A DNA stretch of 64,000 bases from Penicillus capitatus. Its lineage: Eukaryota; Plantae; Chlorophyta. Both the position numbers and the translations under genes were made by a program. The notes under the pieces are model-generated. The model searched no databases and was not told the origin of the DNA. It saw only the letters and a program-made list of their open reading frames with translations. Below, one piece after another: positions 12,527-23,832 of the stretch. The stretch lies in assembly GCA_965649825.1 (NCBI GenBank), contig OZ287703.1, positions 124,001-188,000 on the forward strand, in the 5' to 3' direction. Position 1 is the stretch's first letter. Every line of letters starts with the position of its first letter.

Positions 12527-12947
12527 TCAACATACTCGCTGCCAAGTCACATCGACTCCAAATAGGCCGAAAGGATATCGATCTGCTGTCTGTACCCAGA
12601 CCAGCGTCTTCTTTTCCTGAAAGCCTCACTGCGGCTAGCAGCATTAGTCGAGAGAAAAGAAAAGAGACAATCTCTCAGGACAGGCGTCGACATCCGCCGC
12701 TTCGCCTTGCTCAATCGCTCCGGTCTGAATCCATCCAACGCCGAAATTGAACACCATAACAGACATTGATCATTTCGCAGTTCATCTTTGTATCTTCCGG
12801 AGACAGCGGCGACCGTCGAACAGGTCCTTCACACGATGAGCGCAGACAGAGAGCAACTCGCAGGGACGACAGGTAACGCAACGGGTCACAGTCTTCGACC
12901 ATTCCGCCTCAACGTCTGGTTCCGTCTCGGATGTAGTGCCCCGGATA

Positions 12948-14616
12948 ATGGATGCGCCGATGGCGGAGAGGTGTCTAAGAGACTTGCTCGAGAACGACGA
13001 CTACCTGTCCAAAGTCCTTCGCTGTCTCGTCGACGACGGACTGCACGAGTGTTCGCGCGTCTGCCGAAGATGGCGTGAAGTGAGCTTCGACGTCTGTCCC
13101 AAGCTCGCCCGTGTTCCGTCGAGCAGAATGACTGGCAGAATGACTGAGATGCTGTCGAAGTATCCAAACACGGTTTCGATGGCTGTGAACGTGGAGGATA
13201 CGAATGGAGACATCGGCCTCAGCGACATCGACCATTACCTCGACGCCGTGAAACGTTTTCCAAAGATCGAGCACTTGTTCTTGCAGGGCTCGCTGCAGTG
13301 CTCACTCTTTCCTGAATGTCCAGCTACCGCAGCCTGCTTGAATCGACTGCAGTCGCTTTCAGTCTGGCTGTCATCTTCGGACGCGAACCCGCAGACGTGG
13401 ATCGCGCCGGCCCTCAGACATCTCACAAACCTGACGCATCTCCGATTGAAAGCACCTGAAGTAGTCTTTCTCGAGCCGGTCACAGAAATCCACAAGATTG
13501 GAAAGCTGTGCCTCAGTTCGAGTCTCTTGGTGGACCACAAAGGCGATCTTGTTTTCCCGGCTCTGACGAATCTGACGTGTCTGGAGCTGATACGTGAAAA
13601 ATCTCTTCCCTCACCCAAGCAGTACGAAGACAGGATGAGCGGCAGACTGCTGGAAGTAAACCTCTATTCTTAATGCTGATCTCCTCGAGGACATCTGTGT
13701 CCTGCGTGTGCTTCAGATTCTGCGTCCCTACGCCTCCACCCTCAAGTCCCTGGCTGAACTCAATAGCCACAGCCGTATGCTCTTTCCGACGAGAGACTGG
13801 TCGGGACTGGAAGGTTTTAGAAAGCTCGAAACACTTTGCATCGGAGATCTAACGTCGGGGGATTCCGTCGAGAACTTGGCGACAGCTCTGAGAAACATGG
13901 GCACAGTCACAGAGCTCTGTGCGAGATACATAAAGCCGCCAGCCGACATCGTTGCTGATGCACTCTTCGGATTAGATCAGCTGCGATCCCTGACGCTCAC
14001 TCTTCGAAGCGACCGACTAATCAGTGTATGGAGCACCCTGGCGAGCTTGACGAATTTGACAGAACTCGTTGTTTGCGTCAGGCAGGTAGACGCATCAGTG
14101 TGCGAGCTCACAGGACTTGTCCGTCTGGGGATCATTTGTACTCAACGCGCCGCGCACTTCACTTATGCATTATCCAAGCTCCGTCTGCTGGAGGAGCTGG
14201 ATTTGGTATGCATGGGAGACATGTGTTTATCGGGGCACATGTTTGTCTGTATGACAAGGCTGAAAAAGCTCTCCATCACTTCAGACGATCTGGACCTGGA
14301 AGAGGACTTCTTCTCCGCGCTAGGATCGCTGCAAAAGCTAACTTCTCTGCAGCTGGATTCGAAGTTTGCCACTGAACGTGTCACTTCTGAGCACATGTTC
14401 AAGATCACACTTCTAACTAATCTGAGGAAACTAGTTCTACATCATGGCACCAAAAGGTGCTGTCGACGAGTAGACCCGCTCCGTTACTTCGATCAAACCA
14501 GCATGCCTAAACTGCAAACGTTGCACGCAGCAAGCTTCGATTCTATGGACAACGCTTACTGCAAGCCACAAACAAACTTTCCGCGCCTGAACAATCGCTT
14601 CTTGAGCATCGATTAA
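12948..14616 (+). CDS. F-box-like/LRR protein, 2 exons (FBL2)
   Basis: LLENDDYLSKVLRCLVDDGLHECSRVCRRWREVS plus many LxxLxxLxL repeats. Intron GAA|GTAAAC...CTTCAG joins ORFs 12936-13673 and 13708-14616. Confidence 0.88.
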
Positions 14617-14782
14617 TACGATTGCTAACTCGTCTGTCCTCTGTATCCCCCAGAAATCTTTCACGGGGTCAAAAAACAACAAACAGTCTCTTTCCTGTTT
14701 ATCAGACTCTCGGTTGATGCGACTGCATTCCTGTGTGATAAGTCAATGGTTGTCCACCTCGACGAACGCCGCTGTTCGCATC

Positions 14783-15520
14783 ATGGCCACAACAAACTTC
14801 ACGGAACAAGAAGCAGTCTTCGCTAAGGCGCCGCTGTGTTCTGCAACATAACCTTTCTGGGTCATGGATGTGTGGTGGTACGCAGATGGAACTTTGTGCG
14901 GCGTCCCACTGTACTCGATTCCGCAGTTAGAGAGGACGGACAGTCTCGACGTCGAAGCAACGGCCCAGACGTTAACGCGATTCGGTGTCGGTAAATGCAT
15001 ATCGCGTAGAATCGAAGGTCGAGGGCAGCGAGCAAGACCACATTTACCAGTAGCGGCGTGTTCTTACTTCGTTTGAAAATTCCAAGATCTCGCCAGTTTC
15101 ATTGCTGACGCGGCGGTAGGCATACTCCTGTTCGAACAGTCACAGATCGCCGTGGTTCACGTGTTCTGTGCGAGGCATTCGAGTCCAGAGTGAGGTCCTT
15201 CTCGTTCAATTCCGCATCCTATCAAATTCCGCGATTGAGTGGATGCCGAAATCATGGATCCTGGATAGAGAAAGGCAAGAGCAGTTCCTCGGTGGAGAAC
15301 GCAGGACAGGGCTGATGATGCAGTGATCCTGGACAGACGCCTGTGGCTGACACGTCATCTCAACTCTCGCAGTGATGTCCATTCGGTATGCTTCGTGCGC
15401 GTACGGACAGGTTTCCATTCCTTAAGATGTCTATCTCAACGCCCCTGCCACAGCACAGCCAGCAACCAAAGCAGACAGATGATGTGGACAGGTGAAGACA
15501 GAGTGTGCAACACAGGTAGA
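14783..15520 (+). pseudogene. Possible decayed multi-exon gene of unknown family
   Basis: Series of GT...AG segments of typical intron length. The tentative splice product LCGVPLYSIPQLERTDSLDVEATAQTLTRFGVVAACSYFV*KFQDLASFIADAA|AFESRVRSFSFNSASYQIPRL has an in-frame stop. Confidence 0.25.
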
Positions 15521-15659
15521 CCTTACGATATCCTTACGTAATGACCCTTCCATGTCTTTGAGCCCATCTAAGTACGAGGCGCATACATAAAGGCCGATCT
15601 TTCGTCGACCTTTCGTTCATTTCGCGTTTAAACTCCGGTCAGCACTCGACACTTCTGCC

Positions 15660-15795
15660 GTCCGGTGTCGTGTTTGTCAACGGACGGGTTAACGACGAAG
15701 GCGTAAAGCTTACAAAGACTGTTTGTACAATAATTGTCAGAATTTATGTAATTCTTTGGACAGCTGCACGAAGGTGGACAGCTGTCCACTGACAC
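15660..15795 (+). repeat. Diverged ~130-bp dispersed element (second copy 51390-51558)
   Basis: Shared blocks TAACGACGAAGG, TTACA(G)AAGACTGTT, GAATTTAT and CAGCTGCACGAAGGTGGrCAGCTGTCCAyTGACA. Confidence 0.75.
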
Positions 15796-15907
15796 CGGTT
15801 GCGCGGCACTTGGAAGATGACAACCAACGGGCTTCTCAGTGCCTTGTTCTGCTTCTTGGTCTTCGGACCTCATCCGTCCGTTGGCAGTCACGGTCCGCAG
15901 AGCATGA

Positions 15908-16974
15908 ATGTCTTTGAAGCTGACTCTTACTCTTGCATTGTTAGTGCGCAGCGCTCAAGCGCATACCTTGTCCAGCGCGTTCGTTGAGCGCGAAGTCACA
16001 GTGAGCTGCCACAGCTGTCATTATGAATGTGGCGACATTCTGCAAGTGTCTTGTGCTGCAGAAGACTGAAGCGTCGCCTCATGGTAGAGCCTCCGCTGTG
16101 ATCTCAACGCTTAAGCTGTCTCGTTTGCAGAAGACGGCGAATTTGATGCTCGTCGCGACTACGCTAGATCGGACACTGCGGTAATTTTTTCACAGCACGA
16201 ATGTTGTGATGGGAAGCGTTTCGTTTCGCAGGCTCTCATCGTTGACGAAACGAACGTCAACAAACACTCGGCCAATGACTGGCCTCCGCTTCATCGGGCA
16301 GCGCTCGCCGGAGACTCGAAGACAGTCGAGGTGAAGAGAGAGCTCATTTTTGGTGCCACTAGACCAGTCCTGTAGGCTCTCTTGAAAGCTGGGGGTCCAG
16401 TGTCGACGAGGTCGATGTTGACGGAGACACTGCATTAAACTTTGCAGCGCGTCGTCGAGACATTGAGATTATCAAGGTAAACACTTGAAGCGTTCACGCA
16501 TTTACCTTTTTTCAAATATGCGGCTTCAGATTCTCATAGATAACGGAGCGGATGTAAAGCTCGCAGACAAAGAGGAGCAACGCCTCTTCTGGTTGCAACG
16601 TATTACGGACTCATTGAGATCGTCAAGGTGAACACTCGAAGTGTTCTCGCAGTTCATTTCTTCCGATATCATGTCCTCAGGTTCTCGTGAGAAAAGGGGC
16701 AGACGTCAACGCCATCGGCATAACCGGATCGACGCCGCTTCACTATGCAGCGAAGAGAGGAGATTCACAAGTCGTTGAAGTGCGTTATTGCTGTTGTTGA
16801 CCTACCTGAGTCTCTTTACAGGTTCTTCTTGCTGCTGGAGCATCGAAGTCCATCACGTCGAACGATGGACAGAAGCCGGTAGACGTCATTTGTACTTCTA
16901 TTGAAACCACTTTTTCTGAGACGACTATATCCTCCCTCATTAAGCTGTTGACACCTGACACGTATTCTGTCTGA
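15908..16974 (+). pseudogene. Signal-peptide ankyrin-repeat gene with one repeat per exon, two frameshifts (ANK2)
   Basis: Eight exons. MSLKLTLTLALLVRSAQA signal. Repeats [48 protein letters not shown] each lie in a 33-codon exon flanked by phase-0 GT-AG introns. A +2 shift at the G5 run 16391-16395 and a -1 shift near 16575. Confidence 0.85.
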
Positions 16975-17049
16975 CCATTTCACAGATCCGCGGTATTTTT
17001 TTCGATAACACTCATGCAACAACAAATTCTATGCGTTTGTCACCCTTTT

Positions 17050-17540
17050 GCGAGGTTTATCCAGACAGCGGTTGGAGAACTTCGATGAACGGACTGTACT
17101 CGTCGTTCTGCTAGAAGTTCGATCGATTCCGTTTTGTTCTTTTTTGCCAGCGACAGCATAAGAACCTGCAGAGGTCGCGAACACATTCTTTCGACCGATC
17201 CTCCTTCGCGAGGAGAGGTCTCGGTGCAACTGCACCGAGGGAACGCATTAGGTCATTCAATGGCGTTCTTCTTTCTCATATCTTTATCTCAGAGGGTGGC
17301 AGATTTCGGGAAGGAAGTTTAGTCTTTCGGGCTGTTTGCTTGTGGACGGAATTGAAATCGACGAAGGGGGTTATTGAATCTCGCCGAGCGTCGGGCCAAT
17401 GCGTCTTCTATCTCCGCCTGCTCTTTTCAGAATGTCTTGTTCGACGCAGTGAATCGACATGAGAGAAGTGCCTCCTCTGCGATCAACTCTTTACACGACC
17501 AATCATCAAGTGCTCTTCTCAAGAGAGATACATAAATGTT
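17050..17540. repeat. Segmental duplication block C (older, more diverged; inverted copy ~30190-30655)
   Basis: For example AACTTCCTTCCCGAAATCTGCCACCCTCTGAGATAAAGATAT and GTGTAAAGAGyTGATCGCAGAGGAGGCACTTCTCTCATGTCGA occur at both places in opposite orientation; apparently non-coding. Confidence 0.85.
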
Positions 17541-17654
17541 TCACCGTTACAGAAGTCCTCGAACGCGTTTCGGGTAGAGAGACACTCTGAAGCCAACCGG
17601 GAAGCAAGACACGCAGCCTTTCAGTAGAGAAGCGTTCTGATGAGGATATCTCTT

Positions 17655-18449
17655 TTATGGAAGAGGATGTTCCTGAGGAAAGGGCGCCATTCCGAACGGA
17701 TGAAGGACTATGCGCATCCAGGCCAAGAGCCTGTCGACCGGACTGCCTTCTGGAAGCAGCAGCTTCATTGTCCTCTCCGTCTGACATGGATGTAATACAT
17801 AACATGGCAATTGCAGAATCGGATGCATCTGAGTCACGCACACGCCCATCAGTGATCTCTCCATTCGGCCGTACGCGCCTCGAGGCCTATTCTCTGATGT
17901 CGCTGGTCGCAGAGGACTGGCTTCGCGGCAGGAAAATCGTCAAAGATGTTCTGCAGCGTCGCAAGAGAACCGTCTGCTGAGGAGAGGGATCGAGACATGT
18001 GGAATGCATGACAGGATGGCAACAGACCTCTTTGGCAAAGGGGTCTGATGCACAGCAAAGGACAACGAAAAGATGCGCTGTGCAGTATGTCAAAATGATA
18101 GACGCGGCAAACGGTTTCTTCGATGCCCAATGAGGCTTCATCCCGCTCAACGTCATCTACAGACCCGCCGCCATCAGGTGCATCGATGGCGAGTTTGTGG
18201 CTTGGCACCTTCCGAGCAGCTTCCTGTGGAACCGGTAGGACAAGAGGCAATCGTTTTCTTCAGCGTCAGTCGACTGCGCTCCTGATGGTGCCATGTGATG
18301 GTTGCTTACCATAGCGTCGATGCACTGGACTTCCGTACCCTGTGGCCTATTTGATGGTCGATTCGGCCTTCGACGTATTCCCATTCCTCGCACAGGACCT
18401 GTCTCGATACGACTTCCCGAACCGCCTCGTCGAATGCGTCGCCATTCAT
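17655..18449 (-). CDS. ATG10: Autophagy E2-like conjugating enzyme Atg10, 5 exons
   Basis: Spliced product contains VYHFDILHSASFRCPLLCIR (Atg10 HIVYSxSYxVPVLYF-like) and IGLE|MHPILQLPCYVLHPCQT with the catalytic HPC motif. The last intron (17878-17829) is GC-AG. Confidence 0.85.
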
Positions 18450-18712
18450 TTCGCCACAATGATGCCAAATAATGTGGGTGGTCATCGAGCTTCCGGGCGG
18501 AATCACTCTAAGACGTGATGGTTAGATCCATTAATGTTCGCTGGTTAGTTGCCGTCTATAAACTTGATTTGTTCTTTCTCTACTGTCGTAGAGTCTCGTC
18601 GGTCCCCTATCGACGCCCCCAAATCGCATTTCATGACGAGAAGAAATCTCGCACGTCTTTACTACGGCTAAAGGACGAACCGCAACGCGGACAGCGACTT
18701 GTTCCTTTCTGT

Positions 18713-19335
18713 TTAATACTTGGTACGTTCGTGTAGGCAGCTCTCGATATCGATCTCGGATATTTTTCGTTGTTTCTCCTTCGCAGCACCCACTGCTTTA
18801 CCTATATGTCACCGATCCTTGTTTTCGTCCCTCATCTTTTGGCATCCCGATGCGCGACGATCGCTCACTTTTGCTTGAAGATTCCGTGTTTTGCCTTTTA
18901 TCTAAGTGTACCGCTGATCGATCTAATGCCAGAAATGCCGTGTTGCACTTGCTTTGGGCTAACCTTTGAGTCCGTCTACTTACGCTGATCGGATCTTCAT
19001 CAGCTGCTGCTCTTGCATCTCGCTGCATTTCGAGTGGATCTCCACTTTCCCTATCTCCTACACATGCGTCTGCGCTGTTCTTCTGCATTGCCGCTCCTCG
19101 TCGTTGGTACGTTGAAGCTCGATGCGCTTCGTCAAATGTGGATCGACACTCGTTTCCGCCATCGCAGCGATGTTCTCAGCAGAACCGGCGCAATCGGCGA
19201 TCTTTTACATCTCTTCACGGAGTTGTCTATCCGCGACGCACAGCAAAGATCGCGGGCTATGCGTCGCCCCACTTGGTCTCGTGCGCCTCGATTCCGTCGT
19301 GCGAGTTCGGTCTTTTGGACCTCCGCCATCTTCGG
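18713..19335 (-). CDS. Possible small multi-exon hypothetical protein
   Basis: Several GTAAGT/GTGAGC...AG segments and protein-like pieces (EIGKVEIHSKCSEMQEQQLMKIRS; KAVGAAKEKQRKISEIDIESCLHERTKY*). Exon chain not resolved. Confidence 0.25.
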
Positions 19336-19494
19336 CGGTTTCTTGTTCTGAGTTCCTAACGTTTTATGCGTCGTTCTGCAGCTCCTGCGCTCATCGTCGG
19401 AAAACCACAGACACGTCAGGGAAAAAACCGAACGAATCGTCTGCGGCAGTTTGCCTTTGCGTGTCACATCTGACGGAGGACGTAGGAAACGCCC

Positions 19495-21165
19495 ATGATG
19501 CGCAGATCCGTGCAAAACTACGCCAACGTCGCGCGTCGGCTGCTCCATTCGCGTTTCTTCGCCGTCGTACCGACGCTCTCCGCCGACGACGCCATCGCTC
19601 TGACCCGGTCTGCCGTTTCGCAAGCCGATCTTCTTCACCCGTCTTCGCCCAGACGTTCATCCCTTGCACAAAGACGCGTCGATGCCAAGACGATACTGCG
19701 CTGCGCGGACGTGACGCAGCTCCGCGGGTTTCATGTTGCCTTAGAGGAGCGCGTGGAGGTGAACGACTTCCTAGATGGAATGAAGAGCCGTCTGAAAACC
19801 ACAGCTGATTACCATCGTGCCATGCGTCGTCTGATGCGTGGCCGCCTCTACCCTCGCATCCTGGATCTCTTTGAAGAAATGAAGTCCAGTGGCGTCACGG
19901 TCGACATCGGTATCCATTTGGCGGTTATGAAAGCCCACTCTCGTATGAACAACCTGGACATGGTGAAACAGGTTTTCGACAATGTCGTGACTTTGGGGAC
20001 GAGGCCAGACAAGTTCATGTTCAATACCCTTGTCTTCTCCCATACAAGCACTGGCGACGTCGACGCCGCATTCGAAACATTTCGCAAGATGGAGGAAGAC
20101 TACGGGATCCCAGCCGATTCGGTGGTATGCCGTTCGCTGATCACTGTCTGCGGCAAAGGGAAGGATGTCGATCGTGCAAAAGAGACGTTTCACCAAACGA
20201 TCGAGAAATTTGGAGCAGAGGCGCGCAGCTTCAACACCATGTTGGAGGTCTACGCCGAAAACGCCGACAGTGACACTGGCGAGGTGTACCTGCAGGAATG
20301 CAAGGACCTGCTGGTATTGATGGAATCGAAAGGGATTACACCCAATGCGTTCACCTATGTGCATTTGCTCAGATTGTATGCCAAACTGGGACAATCAGAT
20401 GAGGCGCTGGATTACCTGAAGAAAACTCTCAGCACCGATGTGGAGTGCAACATTGCGACGTTTGATTTCGTCTTCCGGTCGTTCATGGATCTGGAGTTGA
20501 CAGAGAAGGAACTTGAGACCCATATTGTCCGCTGTTTCGATCGTATAAAGAAGCTCAAGATGAAGCCATCGCACATCACATTCGGAAACATCATAGATAT
20601 CTACGAGGCGAAAGGAGAATTGAGCAAGGCGTTGGAATTCCTGGAGGGACTGTCGAGGGATCACATGAATGGCGCTGGTCGCTGTGGAGAGACCTTCGCC
20701 GCACAGTTGAAGATTGTTCAGCGTCTGTGGGAGAGTGGAACGTGGTCGCAAGAGGAAGCTCTGACGAAGTCGTCTGAGATGGTAAAGACAATGAAGTCGT
20801 TCCACGTCTCTCTGCCATACCGTGCCTACAGGACGTGGTTCGCCATGTGCCTCAAGGCATCCGATGTGGATCGCGCGCTTGAGTGCTGGAGTGATACTAC
20901 AACAGGAATTCGATGGCCATCGTCCCTGGCGACAGAGTCGATGATTCGACTCGCACTGGATCACGACCGTGTCCACGATGCCGTGAGAGTGCTGAAGGAT
21001 AAAGAGATTACGCCGAACGAAGGCGCATACGAGGCGATCTTGGCATACTGTGCCCAGAAGAGCGACGCGGAGAATGCGGAGACGGTCTTCGAATACATGA
21101 AAGAAGCCAAAGTGGAACCGAACGAAGCGATTCAAGAACACCTGGGCGCTTTGCAGTTGGTTTGA
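19495..21165 (+). CDS. P-type pentatricopeptide repeat (PPR) protein, intronless, likely organelle-targeted
   Basis: 556-aa ORF with tandem 35-aa helical repeats (PDKFMFNTLVFSHTSTGDVDAAFETFRKM; PNAFTYVHLLRLYAKLGQSDEA; PNEGAYEAILAYCA) and an Arg/Ser-rich N-terminal presequence. Confidence 0.9.
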   Translation: MMRRSVQNYANVARRLLHSRFFAVVPTLSADDAIALTRSAVSQADLLHPSSPRRSSLAQRRVDAKTILRCADVTQLRGFHVALEERVEVNDFLDGMKSRLKTTADYHRAMRRLMRGRLYPRILDLFEEMKSSGVTVDIGIHLAVMKAHSRMNNLDMVKQVFDNVVTLGTRPDKFMFNTLVFSHTSTGDVDAAFETFRKMEEDYGIPADSVVCRSLITVCGKGKDVDRAKETFHQTIEKFGAEARSFNTMLEVYAENADSDTGEVYLQECKDLLVLMESKGITPNAFTYVHLLRLYAKLGQSDEALDYLKKTLSTDVECNIATFDFVFRSFMDLELTEKELETHIVRCFDRIKKLKMKPSHITFGNIIDIYEAKGELSKALEFLEGLSRDHMNGAGRCGETFAAQLKIVQRLWESGTWSQEEALTKSSEMVKTMKSFHVSLPYRAYRTWFAMCLKASDVDRALECWSDTTTGIRWPSSLATESMIRLALDHDRVHDAVRVLKDKEITPNEGAYEAILAYCAQKSDAENAETVFEYMKEAKVEPNEAIQEHLGALQLV

Positions 21166-21270
21166 GATGTTCTGCCTCGGCCGATGTTAAGAAAGAGTGA
21201 CAGACGTTTAAGCGGAGGGAGACGTTGATGTGTTGCAACCATCCGTTAGACATCGCGTAAACGATCGATA

Positions 21271-21928
21271 ATGCACGAGTCGGCACGTCTCTGTCGAGAA
21301 CAGGACTCGGATTCCGTCCGTGTCTGGAGGGCGATCATTCGCCACGAAGACCGACGTTCTCGTTTGATTCGATGGACACCACCAAGTCGAGAAGTATGTT
21401 TGGAACACTGACGTCTCTTTCGCCGTTATTCATTCAATCGACAGCACGCTGCAGGTTCAGTCGTCGACATCCTTCTGTCAGAACTGTGATGCCTGTGCTG
21501 TGCCAAACGATGAACTCTTTATTCGTCCTTCGGTTTCTGTGCGCAGCCCGCACAGTCTTGATGAGCACGAACTCTCACTAAAGGCCAATCGAAACGACGA
21601 GACGCGATCTTCACGTCGTCGGCGACTCTTGACGTTACACGGTGGCGTCTATCAATGCGGATGTCTTTCGGGGTGGGGAAGAGACAAGGCAATAAATGTC
21701 CTACCACTCGGCACACGACCGTTCGGCTTCTTCTCAGCTGCCTCGACTGTGAGAGTGAAATTTGATTGTGCCCTACAGAAAAAATACCTATTCGGCTTTT
21801 TTTGGACCGAACACGCAAAGTATCCGGTTCGCCTTCTTAAGTGCCAACAAGCTCGCTTAACTGTGGGCCTTAAGGCCGACAGTTTGATCTTCTTTGCCCT
21901 TGTTTTCGAAGAGTCCGTATTCGGATAG
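21271..21928 (+). CDS. Possible 2-exon hypothetical protein
   Basis: ATG at 21271, GTATGT donor with CTGAC branch point and a CAG acceptor joining in frame to ORF 21500-21928. No homology recognised. Confidence 0.2.
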
Positions 21929-23351
21929 GAGAATGCGATATGGTCCATCATCGAGGTCGCTGGTTGAAGCGACTCGGAAACCGCCGAACGAACAGACCGG
22001 TTCGTGCCGTCTTTCGCGGAAACGAACGGATTGTAGCAATGACGGTACGGGTGATTGCGCTGTCTTGCTTTAGACTGGCAACGTTGAACGACGTGATGCG
22101 ATGATATCTGCGCAGTCGGATTCCGTAGTGTGTTTGCTTACTCATCGATGCTAGAAGCTGACGGCGATCACAAACAGAGTCGCCCATGCGTTGACGCAGT
22201 CTCCTTGTTTGATGTCCTCCTCTTTCTACGTCCTATAAACCGATTGAGGGGCTCGCGACCGGAGAGGACATAGTGATGTGTGTTCGGTAGGCAACGCGAT
22301 AGTATAAAGAGCGATTCAGGCGCGGGCTGACATCCAAGTCCCACAGAATCCGTGTTCTCGTCTAACGTAGCTTGTTCCACTCTCGACATCCGTTTTTTAG
22401 ATGGAAGTCGTCTGAGAGGCGATTGATATGCAAGGCATTACGTCACGATGACAAAATCATCAACAAAGCCAACGACGCCGGCGACCTGCCATACGAAAAG
22501 ACAACGAAGGCACGTTCTGTACCCAGAGTGCGCAGAGGAAACCGTCTTCCGGACTCACCCGACGGACCCGTCTTGGCTCGCATACATCTCGGCTTCCCGG
22601 TGATGATTTTGCGTCGAAAATCTGACGTGTAATGATGGATGGATGGATGCGATATGATCCCACAGGCAGAACACGTCGCCGTGTTGTTGGATGGAGCCCG
22701 TCTGTGATCGAAGCGCAGGAAACAGATTGCTGGACTCTGTCCTGTCTGCTGTCTCGTGATCTGAATACACCGTCGGTTTGGACCATCGCTGTGGTGGCCT
22801 GATGCGACTGCTGTAATGAGTGCCGAATCCGCTCACAGGATCCTCCGGTCCACAAGCCGACGATCGCTCTTCTCCTGTCCCCTTGGTTGACCGCAGTCAG
22901 ACAGCTCCTCTGTTTCCTCTTCGTCGTATCATCCACGAGTGAACGTGAGAACCTCCTCTGTGACGCCGTGTGCGTGTTCCGAGAGAGGATCCGTTGCTGA
23001 GCCAGTCCTGTTCCGACACTGCTCTCGCGCTGGACGCGTTTTCGAGGAGTGCACGTTGGTGGAAACGCTTTGACTAACACTCTGCAACTGGATCTCCACG
23101 CACTGCCTGAGGTGCTCGAGGCGACACGGTCGTTCCCCTTGAACTGTGTGCGCTGCATGCGCCCTTCCGTTGGCCCGCAGGAGAGGAGGCGGTCGGCGCA
23201 GACGCGGCAAGAGTGGCCGAGACAAGGGAAGATCGAACGGAGTCGGTCGTGAAGCGTCTCTCGCGTTCGACGGCTTCTCTGACTGTCCGCATCGTAAGTC
23301 TTTCGAAGTAGAGAGGTGACGCGACGGCGACTGGGCGATTTCCAGAAATCG

Positions 23352-23832
23352 ATGGCGGACTTACCGATTCCAGCCTCGGAAGCAGTGCAGGGCGATCGCC
23401 GTCAGGCCAGGGCGCTGCGATACAGGGCGAAGCAACTCATCGTGCGTCGTCGCTTCAGCGAAGCGGCTGCGCTGCTGACGGAAGGAGTGAAACGCTTTCC
23501 CGACTGTTACAAGCTCCGCCGACTGCGGTCGACGGCACACGCTTGTTTGCACGACTACGTCACGTCGAGGACGGAGGCGGAGAGACTGATCGAACTCGCT
23601 CCCGATGCGCCGGACGGTTTTTACTTCAAAGGCGAGAATGCGTTCTGCGAAGAGGCCGTGTGAGAATCGGTGAATAGGGTTCTGCCTGTACCACGAGCAT
23701 CGCTACTTTCAAGCGGCACAGGCGTTTGCGGAGGGACTGAAGAGGACGCCCTGTGATCGTGTGATGAAGCAGGCATTCTGGGATGCCGTTACCCTCTCTT
23801 CCCAGACACGTTCGCTCGCCGATGCTCCTTAG
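23352..23832 (+). CDS. TPR-repeat protein (STI1/HOP-like 3-TPR clamp); additional upstream exons from ~22460 likely
   Basis: ARALRYRAKQLIVRRRFSEAAALLTEGVKRFP...RSTAHACLHDYVTSRTEAERLIELAPDAPDGFYFKG|FCLYHEHRYFQAAQAFAEGLKRTP. The intron 23632-23677 is GC-AG. An upstream GTAAGT...TTCCAG intron joins an open acidic exon in frame. Confidence 0.8.

Larger units (their letters stand above)
5735..14754. repeat. Segmental duplication block B (~9 kb; inverted copy at ~30667-39666)
   Basis: Every ORF here has a mirror ORF with near-identical translation on the opposite strand at 30.7-39.7 kb. Homology ends at ...ATGGTTGTCC (14754 / 30667). Confidence 0.95.

Noticed and set aside
19495-21165. Intronless PPR gene in an intron-rich genome as evidence of HGT
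   Set aside because: Intronless PPR genes are common in the green lineage (retroposition), so this is ordinary.
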